Below are positions 31,351-32,000 of a stretch of DNA of 32,000 nt, one piece after another. Each line of letters starts with the position of its first letter. The stretch's first letter is position 1. Location: NCBI RefSeq assembly GCF_000392435.1, contig NC_021219.1:390001-422000 (forward strand), written 5' to 3'. The position numbers were made by a program, and so were the translations under genes. The DNA is from Candidatus Saccharimonas aalborgensis (lineage in GTDB: Bacteria > Patescibacteriota > Saccharimonadia > Saccharimonadales > Saccharimonadaceae). Under the pieces are notes generated by a model, which did no database searches, was not told the DNA's origin, and saw nothing but the letters and a program-made list of their open reading frames with translations.

Positions 31351-32000
31351 ATGGTAGGACGAATTAACGGCTACGGAGTGTTGGGGCTAGTTGTTGGCTG
31401 TGTGCTTCTTTGTTCTAACTATGTCTCCGCTGAGACACTACAGTCGAACAATTATCGCTTCGATGAATCAACACTCGGAGCAGGCGGACTCAACCAGTCG
31501 ACCTCAAATAGCTACGCCGGCTCGGGTGCCTACGGTGATATTGGTGTAGGAGAGTCTGCATCCAACAATTATCAGATACGAGTCGGAACACCGACGACTC
31601 CTGATCCTACCCTTACTATCGAACTACTCTCGACAAATGCTAACTTTGGCGTTCTCTCGCCTACCAGTGCTGCAACAGCGACAGCGTCATTTTCGGTGAT
31701 TAACTACACAAGCTATGGTTACGCGGTACAGCTGACTGGCAGTGCGCCGACAAATGGCGCTCACTCGATAAGCGCGATGGGTACCACGACTGTTTCACAG
31801 CCTGGCATTGAGCAGTTTGGTGTCAATCTTGTTGCCAATACCTCTCCCGTATCTTTCGGTGCAAACCCAGATAATGGCCAGTTCGGCTACGGTCAAGTTG
31901 GTACGGGAGCCGGTGATACCACGTACTCTACCCCTAATCAATTTCACTACGCCAGTGGTGATATCATCGCCAGTGCCCCCAAAAGTTCTGGCAAAACTAT
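31351..32000 (+). CDS. Secreted surface protein, truncated at window edge
   Basis: ATG at 31351, signal peptide GVLGLVVGCVLLCSNYVSA|ETLQSNNYRFDESTLGAGG..., open through 32000; absent from the ORF track because no stop is present. Confidence 0.7.
   Translation, partial: MVGRINGYGVLGLVVGCVLLCSNYVSAETLQSNNYRFDESTLGAGGLNQSTSNSYAGSGAYGDIGVGESASNNYQIRVGTPTTPDPTLTIELLSTNANFGVLSPTSAATATASFSVINYTSYGYAVQLTGSAPTNGAHSISAMGTTTVSQPGIEQFGVNLVANTSPVSFGANPDNGQFGYGQVGTGAGDTTYSTPNQFHYASGDIIASAPKSSGKT

Overview
Gene-dense window with about 29 supportable ORFs, probably from a Patescibacteria/Saccharibacteria-like genome (inferred from compact architecture and protein style, not proven). The left and middle parts are mostly ordinary: NUDIX proteins, trmB, a CPA2 antiporter, a MutY-like glycosylase, an MBL hydrolase, an EamA transporter, aspS, a CBS-domain protein, a DsbA-like oxidoreductase, an MFS exporter with an AbrB-like protein, PAP2, TerC/DUF475, a two-component system, PspC/PadR and a SIS protein. 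The standout is 23964-30224, a tightly coupled seven-gene cluster encoding an F1-like ATPase. It has b-like, delta-like, alpha, gamma, beta and truncated epsilon genes in canonical order. The usual a (atpB) and c (atpE) genes are absent. Their place is taken by one 276-aa secreted/membrane protein whose C-terminal hairpin aligns without gaps to the F0 c-subunit loop and second helix (R-x-P...GLV[D]xI), but the ion-carrying Asp61 position is Leu. This protein also carries an extracytoplasmic domain of about 170 aa. The beta subunit has an intact Walker A motif and catalytic Glu, but Arg replaces the adenine-stacking Tyr, and DELSEED is changed to NELSPAD. I read this as a candidate non-canonical F1-X0 machine, possibly driving or being driven by a surface structure rather than an ion current. 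Next to it are a divergently encoded 40-aa prepilin-like micro-ORF missing from the ORF track, a convergent membrane-anchored fibre-like protein, and a truncated secreted protein at the window edge. Other leads are a degenerate NUDIX regulator, an Fe-S-less MutY-like enzyme with a D-to-E active-site change, a highly divergent desaturase-like three-histidine-box protein, and an unlisted 30-aa ORF with a strong RBS.
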